Shown here: piece by piece, positions 1 to 13,274 of the stretch
How positions within the stretch are numbered: the first letter of the stretch is position 1
Layout: each line of letters begins with the position of its first letter
From: Phoronis australis
Taxonomy: Eukaryota; Animalia; Phoronida
DNA: 64,000 nt
NCBI GenBank assembly: GCA_002633005.1
Contig: NMRA01000224.1
Span: 462,781 to 526,780 of the forward strand
Reading direction: 5' to 3'
Notes under the pieces: generated by a model
Told to the model about the DNA's origin: nothing
Seen by the model: the letters and a program-made list of their open reading frames with translations, nothing else
Database searches by the model: none
Translations under genes and position numbers: made by a program

Positions 1-1183
1 GTAAGGAGTCATGGGGATGGTCTTTTCAGAATGGGTCGAAAATTGTAGTGTCAGCAGCATATAAGAATGTTTTAGAGTTTATTGTGTCTGGAAGATCACT
101 GATGTACAATGAAAAGAGCAAGGGGCCTAGTACGATACCCTGTGGTACTCCAGCATTTACGAAACCTGGCGTTGATGAAAGGGATAAGACACCTTCAATT
201 CGGACTTTGGTAAGTTTGATTTTCCAGATATGATTTTAAAAGTAAGAGGAGAGTGCCTGAGAAACCGTAAGATTGTAATTTATGTAGAAGCAGGTCATGG
301 GGAACGACATCAAAAGCTGACGCAATGTCTAAAAATACGGATCTCACGTTGTACCCTTGCTCAAACTGGAGGTGGATGTCGTGTACAATTTCTGGAAGTT
401 GTGACACAGTGCTGTTACCAGGCATGAATCCAAATTGGCGACGATATATGAGGTTTTGTGAAGAGAGGTGGTAAAACATGTGTTGAGAAATGATTTTTTC
501 TAAAATTTTGGATAAGGTGTTAAGTAGAGTTATGGGGCGATAGTTGGCAATGTCTGTTTTGGAGTTCTTTTTGTGTATTGTTATCATAATGCCAAGCTTC
601 CAGTTCGAAGGAAATTTTCTAGATTGTAGTATTTTGTTGTATGATGTTGTCAGAGGAAGTGTAAGGTCTCTTGCTATTATCTTGATCATTTTATTGGTTA
701 TGAGATTGGTACCGTCGTTTTTGTTTTCGTCAATGTTTTCTAGTAGTTTTCTGACTTCAGATTGTTGGGCTTGTATGTCAGAGAGGTGTTCTGTGTTTGG
801 GAATTCTGGAAAGTTTATTGTTGGTGCACTGTGACTCTTGGCGGTGAAGTAGTATAGAAATAACTACTTACTTTTATCAGCTTTGGATGACGCCTGGAAG
901 TTGGAATCATTTGAGCGAATGGTAGGGTATGATGATTGCTTTACCTGTCCTCGAATTTTGTTTACTATCTCCCAATATTCCTTAGAATTTTTGGAGACAT
1001 TTTTGATATTGGCGATAACTTTCATCATATAGTCTTGCTTTGTCTTTTTAATTAGTTCTTCCACACTCTTGCACTGTTCTTTGTAGCACTTGAACGTGCA
1101 TGGATTATTTGATCTTCTGAACGATCTGTACAGGTTATTTCTTATATTTATTTCACACAATGTTATTGTTAAACCACGGTTTG
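1..1183 (-). mobile_element. 5'-truncated CR1/L2-group non-LTR retrotransposon fragment (RT domain, frameshifted), continuing beyond the window start
   Basis: ORF 195-689 has RT motifs 'NYRPITLLNTLSKILEK', 'QFGF' and 'FLDIASAFD.V.H'. '[16 protein letters not shown]' is read near 100-160. Segment 864-1183 is closely similar to 33398-33690 of the second LINE copy. Confidence 0.9.
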
Positions 1184-2424
1184 ACGGTTTCTTTAGCTCT
1201 TTTTCAGAACTGAGTGTATGCCAGGACGGGAACAGAATATCGGAAGGATGCAGAATAAATGAGAAAAACGGGGTTCGGGTGTCAAGGAAAGGCCAGTTGT
1301 AAACTGGTTGTAAATAAGTGTATTTGTTTAATATCCTATTGGCACACTAAGCCAAACCGTGCAACGAATAGCAATTTTTGAAGAGTACATTGTAATTTGT
1401 AGTCATTTCCGCACTTAATATGTCAAATGAAGAATTTATTTTATACCTGGAATTTAATATTCCAGTTTTCCGTGCAAAAAATTATCTAGAAGTGGGTATA
1501 CTCTCAGCGTTCGACACCCGACGTAACATTGGCATTCTAGTGACCTTTTTCATTTAGTGTGATAGCTGAAATGGATTGTGGGACACCGATGCCTCTATGT
1601 TCGGTAAGGAAACACAAGCTAGTGCTAACTTAGTAGTGACACTGATGTTGCAAGCTGTTTGAAACCAACATGAGAAAACACCTAAATTTACAACCAACAG
1701 ACGGCACGGAATTCTAATCTGTGTCATGACCTTGGTTTTGACGTAAATATTATGGTAATGAGCGGGTTACGACTTTCCGACGATCGCAATCGCTCTGAAA
1801 AGGAACTCTCGGTTATAGTGAAACACGGCAGCATTAAGCGAGACGCGGAAATCTTGCGAAAACGCAAGACTTCGTGAGATGCGTATGGCAAGCGAAGTTT
1901 GTGATCACACTATCTGTGCCAGGGTGATTCTTGCGTCTACGAATCTCAACCCTGAGGGCAAGATGATATTTGTTGGCTTGTAGACGAATTAACGTATCAT
2001 GAAAGATCAGGGCCCGAAATGTAATCTTTATAATCGAAACAAACACGAAATTATTTTCGGCAAATTCTCTGCTACTTTTGTGCGAACTCAAGATAAGTGG
2101 TTATTACACTGTGCTCAAAATACATTATAGTTTACACATATGAGTTTCTAGTCCACGTTTGCACTTGATGGCCCTTAATTATATTCGTGCTACAAATTCG
2201 AGTAAAAACTCGAAATTTCGAGTTCACACTCGAACTTTTAGCCTTAAAGTTGGGTTTATCAACTGCAAACTAGGACTAAAAATTATCCACGTAAGTCATA
2301 ATTATGTACTCGAGCATAGAATAATAAACACTTATTGGGGACAAATAAAACAAGACAAGAATAATGTATATTTTAGGATGTATTGGTAATTTCAGGGTCA
2401 CGGTTCTACGATTAGTTATTTTAC

Positions 2425-2700
2425 AGATGGTACCAGATGGGTACCTTAATTATAAGAGATAACATACACATTTACGATACCCAATGTGTAATTGAGTATC
2501 GGATACTAAGTGGCACAGGAATAGTTCCACATCGGTACATAATACCAAATGGATACAAAATACCAATTGGGAATTGGCTGACTGCCTACCAAGTGGTTCG
2601 AACAAACCGGCAAATTCAACAATAAGTACCAAATGGGTACAAACTGTCAAATGGGCACATATATAAAGTACCAAGTGGATACACAAAACAGCCAACTGGG
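2425..2700. repeat. Degenerate minisatellite built on a TACCA(A/G)ATGG(G/A)TAC-like unit
   Basis: Recurring variants include gtaccagatgggtacc, ataccaaatggatac, gtaccaaatgggtac and gtaccaagtggatac. Confidence 0.55.
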
Positions 2701-3344
2701 CTATAACAACCAGGCAAAGCAGGTTCCTGACAAGGTGAGTGAGAAGTCCAGCCGGAGTGATAAAGGAGATATTATTGTAAGGAACGTGGTGTTGTGGCTC
2801 GTTCGCACAAATGTAGAGTAGAAAATGCCACACATAACGTCGAGTTCTATTTCGTGTAAAGAGATTAGAACCCGGGATGATATTTGTGGGCGTGTAGAAG
2901 AGTTTAGGCTTACGTAACAATAAAGATAGAAATTATCATGTATTGAGTTACCAGATATGTAGCTATTTTTATTGACTTAATTATTAGATTTGTCACATGA
3001 TAGTCCACGTAGTTCGAAATCGTCATTTTCTTTACCCGAGAGTAAGATTGAGTAGGGTTCAATAACGCTGGTGCCTCACTAGAAAAGATATCATCGAGTA
3101 TTTTCAGTAAGAGTACGGGATTTTGGCTAGATTTTTTGGCCGCTAGACAGTTAGTGAACTCCACCCAGGTAATGATCGATTTTAACCCTGGACGCCGAGT
3201 TCCGGTACCACAAATGAGTTGAAGATGAAGTACATTAGATTAGACAGAGAAGCGACATGTGATAAGGTGACCGGTGAAAGCCAGTATTGGGGCAATATGA
3301 CAATAAATTATAACATTATGCGGGTTATATTATTCAGCCCTTAA

Positions 3345-4192
3345 AGGAGAATTCCACCCGATTTAATTGGTCTATATCCACCTCGCCTCTTATACGGTCG
3401 ACCTCACCTTGCCGAGAGATGTCCTGTTGACCTGTGAGGAAGGTGAGAAGCGACGCACAGACGTCAGTGGTTCATCTGCAGAGTGAATGCCTCTATGATG
3501 CGGTGCATCGTTCTCGCATGTCCGAACTACTATGAAGCTGCGAAGAAAGCGGGCGTGCGTTCAGTAGACGCTAGGACCTACCTAAAACCTAGTCAAAGTC
3601 ACGTGTTCTTATTTACAATGCACGGCAATATCTCAAGTAATCTCGCGAAGTCTTGATTTCTAGCGAGGTCCTAGCGTTACTGAACGGGAGGCGGGTAAAT
3701 CATTTTTCAACTTCCTCGAGAGGCCGAAATGCTTAGGAAGTGGCTCGCGGTAGTTAAGAATGAAAAGTACGCTGTTAATAGCAAGTATGAGGCCGTGAAA
3801 CATCTCCGCGTCTGTGGCCGGCATTTCGTAGACAGTGATTTCTCTGACGAATTCCGCCTTACCAAAGAACTATCCATACGTTCCGTTGCCTGTGCATGTT
3901 CACAGCGCCTCTCTAGTATTTCTTGGTCAGTGTATTCCAGTTCGAACTGACAGCCTGTGAAACCTAACGATCCGACCCGTGAAGTCTTCGTCGGATGAGC
4001 TCTCGACTAAGTTGGGATTGGTGCAGGGCGAGGTACTTTCAAATAATTGTAAATCCATAACAGTGAAACAAAACAAAACATTTGTGCAAGAACTCGATGT
4101 ATTTGTAAGGGGTTTACATCGAATTTTGATGGTTTATTGGTGTAAACAATGAATTCAAGCGATAAGTTGACACCAGTAAGCGTGTTGTGAAC
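3345..4192 (+). mobile_element. Truncated non-autonomous Kolobok-type element with THAP-domain remnant (sister of 19129-20783)
   Basis: Starts TTAA|AGGAGAATTCCACCCG and is colinear with 19129-20625. ORF 3729-3950 'MLRKWLAVVKNEKY...HLRVCGRHFVDSDF' is the second half of a THAP C2CH fold. Confidence 0.8.
3553..3691. mobile_element. ~140-bp MITE (Harbinger-like, 3-bp CNG TSD) inserted in the THAP remnant
   Basis: TIR cgttcagt(a)gacgctaggacct ... aggtcctagcgttactgaacg, flanked by CGG/CGG. The uninterrupted site aagCGGgta is seen near 19350. A second copy lies at 61139-61288. Confidence 0.8.
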
Positions 4193-4395
4193 GAGCCCCC
4201 AAATTTGGCGAAGTGCACAAAAAGATCCGCCTCAGAGAAAAAAAAACGAGACAAAAGCACACTAAAAAGGCACCAATGCACAATTTATAGCGCTGAACGT
4301 GGTCCCCCGTTTTTTAAGTCCCACGCTGTTTTTGTAGGTAAAGGTACACATTGTCAAAAATTCGAGCCACCTATATTTTAGGCTGGGTGCACGCA
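4188..4395 (+). repeat. ~210-bp interspersed repeat (unclassified), copy 1 of 3
   Basis: gaacgagccccc...ttggcgaagtgcacaaaaagatccgcc...ttttaggctgggtgcacgca matches 21232-21422 (reverse) and 28708-28938. Confidence 0.7.
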
Positions 4396-5359
4396 TTGTC
4401 TTAATGTATTGCACTGTCCAGATAGTCCTAGAAATGCTACAGCAATACAAGAAAACGCCATTTAAATACTCAAGCGCATTCATGTCACCATGAGATAACA
4501 GAAAACAAAGGACGGCCATTAGCAGTAGTTATGACAATGTCGCCGGTACTCTCAGTAGACGTCGCTGGTGCGAGAGCATACGGAATGGAACCTCATTGTG
4601 TGAGCGTCTTTCGTACCTGTTTGAATTAACTGAGGATTCTCGATCTAACGTAGACTACATGTAAGTCGGACAATAAGCCTATCCGTTTATTACATTCTGC
4701 AATTCCCGACTTCTGTGTTGTCAGCACTTTAAACATCATTATTTAACCTCAATTTACACATGTTGCCGCTCACGGAATGTTTATTGTGATTTTCAAGGCA
4801 AGTGGGTTCATTTTGTTTCCCAAAAGACACGAGTCGGCATTAATATGCGTTTATCGGCCATCGTTTGATACCGCCTGCCCATGATGTGGAGATCCGACTC
4901 GTCTAGAGTGACCCTTTAGAAAGACTCGTGACACTTAGTAAATATCAAATCATCGTGTTAAACTTTATTTTATGATCAACACAAGTCATGTAACACTAAA
5001 ATATTTAAAAGATACATACATATCGGCGACTTAGACGACATTTAGTTCTCAACAATCAAGAAGCATTAAATAAAGCTTCCGGAAAACGATACCCTGAAAA
5101 GTGAAAAGTTCCTCAAAAGTATTGCGTAGTACCTCGCTAAAAGGCTTTTGACTAAAGGGGAACTTTGTCGATGAAAAGCATCTCGGACATCACGTGATGT
5201 TGTTCGTGGCCATAGCAACTGGCAATTTTATTGAAATAATTCAAACGCTTTAAGGAAATTTTCAGATAATAAACACATACTGTAAATTTATACGTGGACA
5301 GGACTGACAAAATTCAAAACACCAATGGATTTGGCAATGTAGAACGCGCTACAGCGCTG

Positions 5360-5595
5360 GGTCCCGTTCCAAGAAACTGACATAAGTTCATTTTTTACTT
5401 AAGTCTAAGATTTGTCTCAAATTCCGAACTTTGAAACTTCTTTATCTGATAAGATATTCAAACTTAAGACAAAACTTAAGTCGAACATGGGATCTCTTTT
5501 TTGAAATGATCTTGAGACAGATTTAAGTCTTATCTTAAAATTGACTGAAAGTTAAAGATCAGTCTTAGCTAAGTCAGTTTTCGTGGAACGGGGCC
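5360..5595. mobile_element. PIF/Harbinger-type MITE
   Basis: TIR ggtcccgttccaagaaactgac ... gtcagtttttcgtggaacggggcc, with TSD CTG on both sides. Confidence 0.8.
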
Positions 5596-5764
5596 CTGTT
5601 CTTCGATTTTTTTACCTTTCCATGAGAAGTGAGACTATAGCGATTTAACAGAAACTAGATCCTTTACATTCTTTCAGATGTACTGCACAACAAGAGCCAC
5701 CTGTAGGAAACAAAGGCATCCTTCATGTATCACTGAATAATTACTTACGGTTGGTAGAGTACAC

Positions 5765-6630
5765 GTAGATTAATTCTTATTTACACAACGAAGCAAAACG
5801 CTGTACCTTAGCTGTTTCGGCTACTCACAGTAGCCATCTTCGGAAGCTATTGGACACCAGGTAGCGTGGTGATAAGACTGTTACAAATTTAGATAACTTA
5901 TACCCCCATCGTCCCTGTTCATAGCTGAGCCACTTTTTCTGACCCAAATAAGCTCTCTTATCCTTCTGCATCTGGAGTTATTTTCCGACTCAACAGGACG
6001 GGTGTCTCCACAGTTAATTACATGATTAAAGCCAAGAGCAGGATCAGTCACTACAGATTTGTTAATGGTATTCTGAGACCATCTCCTATCTAAACTTGTG
6101 ACTATGCTGAGATAGCTCACCCACCTCTTTTTTGTGTTCGTTAAACCTGACTGAAAACTATCGCCCAGTCTCCCCCGATGTATGCAGACTCACACCTGAA
6201 GCAAGGAATACGATAAATACACTGGCATTTCTTATCCTCTGCACTTATTCTGTCTTTGGGATGAACTGAAATGTTCCTGATGGTCTCACACTGCCTCATG
6301 GCAGTGACGATGCCATATTGTCTGAACAACTTTGTACAGATTCCGAAAGACCTTTTACATACAGGATGACGACATTTCTTTTTCTCTTCTCTTCCGGTTG
6401 ACGATTCCTTCCGATAGAATCCACATTTGACAGCGTACACTTGAGATAACCACATTTAACTAACGCATATTCTATATGTTTTTCTTCAACAGCCCTATCT
6501 TCATCGTGTGTTAGTATACTTCTAGAGCGTTCAAACAAAGTTCTAATAACTCCCGACTTGTGGTGCACAGGATGGTGCGGGTTAACGTTGGGGTATTGGT
6601 CAGCGTGAGTAGACACTCTCATTTTTAGGC
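5765..6630 (-). mobile_element. Penelope-like retroelement 3' fragment (RT thumb, GIY-YIG endonuclease, pLTR)
   Basis: Translates to 'HPVHHKSGVIRTLFER', 'IYRIPCFRCESAYIG', 'EHKK' and 'MNRDDGG', typical of Penelope-like elements. Confidence 0.85.
5807..5850 (-). ncRNA. Minimal hammerhead-ribozyme-like motif in Penelope pLTR (CCGAAGA core variant)
   Basis: Reverse strand reads agctt-CCGAAGA-tggcta-ctgtgag-tagcc-GAAA-cagcta-aggt. Confidence 0.55.
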
Positions 6631-7189
6631 ATTACAGCGTTCTGTCGTTCAGTAACTTTTCCAGACCTGAGGGGTGCTGAACGTGCGTTAACATCTGGCT
6701 CTTTTGTTAACTGCCCAGCTCAGTCTTTTGTCCCGTATGATAACAAGCAGGCCAATTGTCTCCCAGGCTTCAAAGGAAACGTATGGTCGTTGCACGCTAT
6801 TACCGAACCCGTATGAACACAGTCAATCTCAGTGCGTTGGTAATCCGTTTGGACAGAATAGATTGTCTTAACTTCTGTTGTAGTTGGGCGATTTTAGTGA
6901 TTCAAAAACGGAACATGATCAGCATTTGACGAGGAATTCAGAAATGCTATTGGTTTAAGCTCAAATATGTTATAACTTAACTTTCATTTTTATCAGCCCA
7001 ACCCAGTCAGGTTAGATATGATCTGATCGAAGATTAGAGAAATTATCGAACAAAAGAGCGCAGGCCCTCCAACCATAAATTCCAGATTGGAGTTAATCAG
7101 TCGCGTAGGATATTGGCTACGGGGGTAAACTTCCCAACTTGTTGTTGGGCTAGTAGAATCGAACAAGTTGGGAGCAACGGGATGTCGCC

Positions 7190-7625
7190 GTCATGAAGGA
7201 CGATGGTAGCCTCAGACTGCTGGTATATCGCAAATCTACTCAGGCTTAACGAACACAAAAAGGAGGTGGGTGAGCTATCTCAGCGTAGAGTCACACGTTC
7301 AGATAGGAGATGGTCTCGGAATATTATTAACAATCTGCAGTGACTGATCATGTTCTTGGCTTTGATCATGTAGTTAAGTGGAAAGACGCCCGTCTTGTTG
7401 AGTCGAAAAATAACTCAAGATCCAGACAGATGAGAGAGTCTATTTGGGTCTGAAAAGTGGCTCAGTTATGAACAGGGACGATGGGGGTATAAGTTATCTA
7501 AAATTTGGAACAGTCTCATCACCACGCCACCTATAGTCCAATAGCTTCCGAAGACGGCTGCTGTGAGTGGCCGAAACTGTCAAGGTACAACGTTTTGCTT
7601 TGTTGTGTTAATAAGAATTAATGTA
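7190..7625 (+). mobile_element. Inverted second copy of the Penelope 3' end/pLTR, with hammerhead-like motif at ~7543-7586
   Basis: 7250-7625 is the diverged reverse complement of 5770-6140. The motif reads agctt-CCGAAGA-cggctg-ctgtgag-tggcc-GAAA-ctgtc-aaggt. Confidence 0.8.
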
Positions 7626-8291
7626 CATCCTTCATCAATAAATGTAACTTCCTTCTTCATCATTATGTCACAATTTTGCGACACCAGGGCTCAGTTGCAT
7701 AAAAGTGATACGCTGTTTCGCAACAATGACGTCGCATTATCACGCGCCACGTAGTTATTTTAATTGTTGAACAATGCTCCTGACGTCAACAACTTATCCA
7801 GCGGATAACCTTGTAGGTTTCTGCAACCAGCCCAAGCGAACGGCCTGTCACCAGAACTAAACCAATTCAAGTGCTAGTCTGGATCGAAGATTTATTCATA
7901 AGTTTTCAGTCATGGTTTACGACTGGTGATGATCAGAGTTTAATATCTCTTTAACTTTATATCCCGACAAGGCAAGACTCTTAAAAAGTCAATATGTTAT
8001 TCACCAACACCCTCACGACTGCGATATAATGAATGATGTGTTTCACTTTCAAGCGCCGTAAATGTAAATTAGATGCAGGTGTCCACTGTTGTATTTTTAT
8101 CCGTGGTGACCGCTGAGCACTTTAGGCAGATGCCAGTGTTGCCCAACTTCACAAGTTCCGTGTCTGGAATATCCGAAGGTGACGAGGCGAATAACAAGGA
8201 CCTCGGAAACCTAGTCGTGCGGTTAGTAACAGAAGTAGCATAAATGAGCCTTGCCATGCACATCAGTCGCACAGCGACAGTCCTATTAACA

Positions 8292-8363
8292 TCATGCGTG
8301 CCTGTTAAGCTTCCCCTTGACAGCTGGCGACGTTCTGTTTGCACACTGGAACTCAAGATAGTG
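8292..8363 (-). CDS. Probable terminal coding exon of the receptor tyrosine kinase (HYLEFQCANRTSPAVKGKLNRHA*)
   Basis: Strong acceptor tttctattgcag. Phase 0 matches the preceding exon (ends NNTNQ), and HYLEF resembles the FGFR/RET post-kinase Y-L-D/E-L motif. An alternative frame stays open to 8069. Confidence 0.5.
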   Translation of the reverse strand, partial: HYLEFQCANRTSPAVKGKLNRHA

Positions 8364-9302
8364 CTGCAATAGAAAGTATGTAGAGTTAGTTAAGGTAATT
8401 GATCAGGGCCTACATGTGTAGCGAAATGAGGGACGATTTCTCTCACATCTGGCGAAGTATTTCATCACACTAAACTTCTCACAAAAGTTAGGATATCAAT
8501 TTTTGAATGTTAAATGTTTGTTATTTTTGTTCATTATTATAGTCGCAAGACTTATTTTTCCTTTTTGATTCAATCATGCGACTTTCCATCATAAGTCCCA
8601 GGGATAGATGTAAAATTTCAAGATGTAATTTTGGGCTGTCATATACCATTCCCAGATCACTGGAAAATTCTTCCACCATCTTAAATATTTAATTAGACAT
8701 AGTAAACAAACCACTTCATGTGCGTTTCCAACGTAAATGGACGGGAGAGTGAGAGCTGTTCACACCAAGAGTTTTCAAAAGTTGAATGGCTACACAGCAT
8801 TTTCACAAGCTTATTTTTCTTCTGGAGAAGTACGTTCGATCGATTTGGAGCGCAATTTACATGGGTGGCGCACCATGTGATGTGGGCGGCGCACCACAGA
8901 GAGCTAGTGGGCTATAGCCCGACTTATTTCAGTGTTGCGCCGCCCATGATTTAAAACAGACAAAGAACTTAAGTCACCCCGGCGTCGGCTGACCAGCGAA
9001 GTCTAGATCTGGTGATAAAGAGTTCCCACTTTCGATTATAACGAACCGTAAACCTTTGACATTTTCATGATTCATGTGATCAAACAAAGAGTATTTGGAA
9101 CGAAAAGTGGCACAGATATTCGAAATGGAAAGAAAAGTGTGTCAAGCGGCTCGAGTCACTTTAGCTTAGGTTTGGTTCCCTGCTATCTTCGATAACATGT
9201 GTTACATTCGAGTATACTTATTTCATTTAAAGAATACAGTAAACCTCGGTAAAGTGGAACAGTTGACCTAGCATTAATTTCTTAATAAAGGCTTACGTGT
9301 TC

Positions 9303-9452
9303 AAGGTCGGATCCAGGATTTTGAGTTGGGGGGAAGGGCAGAGTATTAGCCAGGATTTTGCACGTCAGACATTTGCACCCCCGAACTGCCAAATGGAATC
9401 TGGCAAAATTTTAGGGTGGCATGGCCCCCTTGCCCCCCCCCCTTAAATCCGC
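9303..9452 (+). mobile_element. Small hAT-like MITE family (CAGGGGCGGATCC...GGATCCGCCACTG type)
   Basis: Shared core ggatccaggattttgagttggggg...ccccgaactgccaaatgg...ggccccc...aaatccgc also occurs at 11010-11157 (+), ~10925-11010 (-, partial) and 23815-23970 (-). Confidence 0.7.
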
Positions 9453-9699
9453 AACGGGTTTCTTAATTAGGATCTTTGCTCAACTCTGAGAAAATTCGAG
9501 GAACAATTGACAAAAATCTCCATTTTTACCTTGTTTTATGTCGGAGTCCGTCACATGGCTATTTTCTCTTAAAGAATCGTCAAACATTTATGGCTTTTAA
9601 TAATTTGCTGACAGATCGCCTAAACCGTAACCGTCTTGGCTGACATTCACGATGCCATGGACGATGACCCAGATGGGCTGATGAACTTTTGGTCTACAT

Positions 9700-10323
9700 G
9701 AAAGTGCGGCTTCAATCGTGCAGGTGCTGTTCTGTTGCGGGAAAAACATTTTAGTTCGGCCTACAGTATTTTGCAGGGGGATCTTATTCCGGTGCTTTAC
9801 AGGATTATATGACTTTTTGCAAGTTTATAAACACCCAGCATCCCAATTGGTAGGAATCTTCGCCGATTGTTTCTTAGTCATATATTTCAATTTATTTCCA
9901 ACTTAAAACTAAATAAAAACAAACCCACCCATCTGAGCGGCATGTACCGTATACGCTGCCTATGTAAGAACCCTCTCGGGTATGAGATACACGTGCGAAA
10001 GCCTTCAGGCATCGTTAAAGTCATATGATCTGTTTGTAGACGTTTTAAAAACATCGTGAATCTGCATAAAAACCATTGAAACATACTCTCTGACACTTAA
10101 TTAGAACTTTTCGTAAGTATGGGGTCGATCTGCTGCCTGTACATATTTTTTCTTTTATTTTATATTTTCTTAAAATCTGCGTGATCAAAACAAACGAATG
10201 TTGCCCATAATGCTGTGCGGTTTGACCTTTCGGCAACTCGAGACAAATAGTCAGCTGTTTCCGGTACTGCTTCGAAGAAGAGAAGTTCGCCTTAACCAGG
10301 TAATTTATTCGTTTCTTAAACAT
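9700..10323 (-). pseudogene. Degenerate KolX-like ORF (Kolobok second protein, homologous to the P2X7 intracellular domain)
   Basis: Across shifting frames: 'PEGFRTCIS', 'ERVLT*AAYTVH' and 'HRNKIPLQNTVGRTKMFFP'. These resemble KolX motifs F..xCL...VL..A...Y and R..IP.C....IR..FP. Confidence 0.4.
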
Positions 10324-13103
10324 TTTGATGACGATATTGCTCCCTGTATGAGCTGAACAGTCTAACTATTACTCTTAGAATTAGATGAAACCATTACCTG
10401 TGGGAAAATACGTACTGAATTCGATAGTAATCGTTGTGATCGAGTCGAGTCTGCAGTGGTACCCTAGCCAGCCAGCTAGCGGTATCAAAGTACAGCTAGG
10501 TACCACTGTGTGTTTTTCTTCAATATAGAGCCCGAAATTCACACAGCCAGGGTAGTATATTTAGTGTACAGATTTGTATCAAGGCTAGCCCTAGTCCTAG
10601 GCCTATCAATGCTGTGACTTAAAAAGAGTGTAATGTTATTGTGGGTTGGATAGACCGTTTGTCACTCTATGGTCGTGAGTTGAATTTCCACCTGCTGGCA
10701 GTTTTCAGACTTTGGACTTGAATTGCAAAACTATTCGTGGTTTTTCATTGCCACAAGAAAATCATCGTCTATCACCAGGGACTCTATACTCTACTTGTAT
10801 ATTGTACTAGCAGGGGCACATAGGAGGATTTAAGGGGGGGCTTGAACAAACCCTGTTTACCGTTTATGTTGTTTTTAGTAATAAGATCCACAAACCCAAA
10901 AATTCGACACCCCCGCATACCTACATCAGGCTGGGCTCGCGTATGTCGCAAAATTCTGGTTATTCCTGTGCCCTGCCCCCCCCCCTAACTCAAAATACTG
11001 GATTCGCCCCTGGGGCAGATCCAGGATTTTGAGTTGGGGGAACATGGCAGAGTATTGGCCAGGATTTAGTTCACCAAACATTTGCACCCCCGAACTGCCA
11101 AATGGGAACTGTGAGAATTTTAGGGAGGCCATAGCCCCCCCTCAAAATCCACCACTGACTAGTCAGCTAGCTAGTCCACTTGAACACAACCCACTGGATC
11201 AGCGATGAATCCTCGGATTAAATGCAAGCAAACTTGGGAAGTGCCGGTAGGCTGAAGCTTGTTGCGAGAATAGTGAGATCATACAAAACCATGGTTGGGA
11301 ATGGGATGCAACAAGTTGATGCCTGTTATTCAGTGAAGAAATCTGGTTCTCAAATTGCAGGACACTGGGAGTGGTCACATCATTACAGAACAATATACTA
11401 TATATGGGACCTCCTCAAAGGCAAAAGGGTATAAGCCAAAGGCAGATCAGTAGTAGCATTAATAAAAGTCGAGCAGGTTACATCTTGTATTATCAGTGGT
11501 ATGGTCTAGATTGGGTAAATAAAGGGCTAGGGACAGGGGAAGGTTAATGACAGTGTTTGCTTTTAATTAATATACTCTTTCTTGGACTTTGAGTGTGCAA
11601 CTAGGCCGTAGCAGACTCAATTTATCAAGAACACAATCCATCAGTTTACATGGCAGAGGGCCTAAAGGGTGCTTCGAAAATCATCTATCCTCCTTGAATG
11701 TCAGTTGTTACAGACTTCTAGCATCAGTATTTCAGGTACACTCATACTTTTGCGAAAATGTGTATCCTATGGAATGTATTGAACAATGTTATCTATGTAC
11801 TGCTCAGATTGACATTTTATGTGATTACTATGTTTTTAAAGGTTCACCGTAATGTGCATCACCAGTTCACCAACAATAACAATACTCAAGCAACAGAGAC
11901 AACATGATTGGAGTACTGAGCCATGTGCAGAGGAATAGGCTTAGGTGGTAATTGATGTTCGGTCTCTTCACATGCAGGTATGCTTGGAACTCTCGTTTCT
12001 TAACGCAATAGAACCGATTCTAAATAACTTTTGTGTTATCAAGTCATTTTTATTGTTTTCTTTCATCAGTAATCACACAAGCTTTATAGGTAACGAAACT
12101 GAAAACCTGTAATAAAATACATTTGCTATGTATCACTAAAATATGCCACATAAAATGCTAAAAATTATACTGTCTTAAAACTTCATTAATTAAAACTTCA
12201 TTAATAACGGACCACTGGCTTTTTGAAGAACAACAACCAGTTTGTAGCTATGAAAAGACCATTCCCCTTATGTTGAGGTCATGTTTAAACTACAACTCAA
12301 AATTAATGTGGTTTGATTTTTTTAGCCTCACATAAGTATATCTGATGATGAGGGCATTGTATTCACGTTGCTGTGTCCATACTCACTGGGGTGGTGGGTA
12401 TCACCAGCTGTGATTGTCATCAGGGTGTACCTGTGGCAGATGCTGAGGAGTGTCCACTACACTGAAAAGATCTATAAGAAGCTACCTGTCACCTGCATTT
12501 TGCTTATGCCTGTGAGTATTTCTTATAAAGACAGTTTTGGAAATCCAGTTAAGCACCCTCATTATGCACACATGTGACTCTGTGAAAGAAAACACTGCTG
12601 ACATGACACTTGTAAAAACCTTTTACCATTTTCCTTCCAAGGCTCTGGCTACAGAGATTTGGTCTTGCAATCAACATCAATGTTTCAGACAAATACCCAA
12701 AACTCAATTTAACAAATAAATAAATTATCTGAATATGCTCATAATTGTTACTTATTGAGAAAATGTGAACAAATTATTTCCAGGCTATTAGGTATTAATG
12801 ATGCCTGGACTAAACCTTTACTTGGCAATTTTGAAGGGAAAACATTATTACGGCCCTGACAGTACGCCTGTGACATGAATATTCATAAAGACTATCTATG
12901 GATTATTGGCAGGTTCATGATAAGGTCCAGTTTTAATCAAACTAAACAAAACACAATAAAACACATTCCTTATTTGAGTTTTGTTTATTGTTTATCTGAA
13001 ATTTAAGTATAAATACCAAAATAGCGATAACAATGGATTGCCAACAGTACACTCTATAAGGTATGTATAAATAAATCTTTTTCAATAAGGCATGGAAAAA
13101 TGT

Positions 13104-13274
13104 CGCAAACAGCTTGTCCCATCAGCACGCCATGTTTTTGGTCACATCACGTGACCTAATGAATATCAGTCCAAAAAGATTTCTGCCCGTCCTTGTCTAG
13201 GGCAGAAATCTTTTCGGACATACGTTCATGATGTGACCAAAAAGATGGCGTGCTGACGGTACAAACTGTTCGCA
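13104..13274. mobile_element. Hairpin MITE (~170-bp near-perfect inverted repeat)
   Basis: aacagcttgtcccatcagcacgccatgtttttggtcacatca...aaagatttctgccc pairs with gggcagaaatcttt...tgatgtgaccaaaagatggcgtgctgacggtacaaactgtt. Confidence 0.8.

Noticed and set aside
10398-10450. 53-nt AG/GT-bounded minus-strand segment as a phase 0->2 RTK tail exon
   Set aside because: Weak acceptor, no recognisable motif, and it sits in probable transposon sequence, so a chance match is likely.
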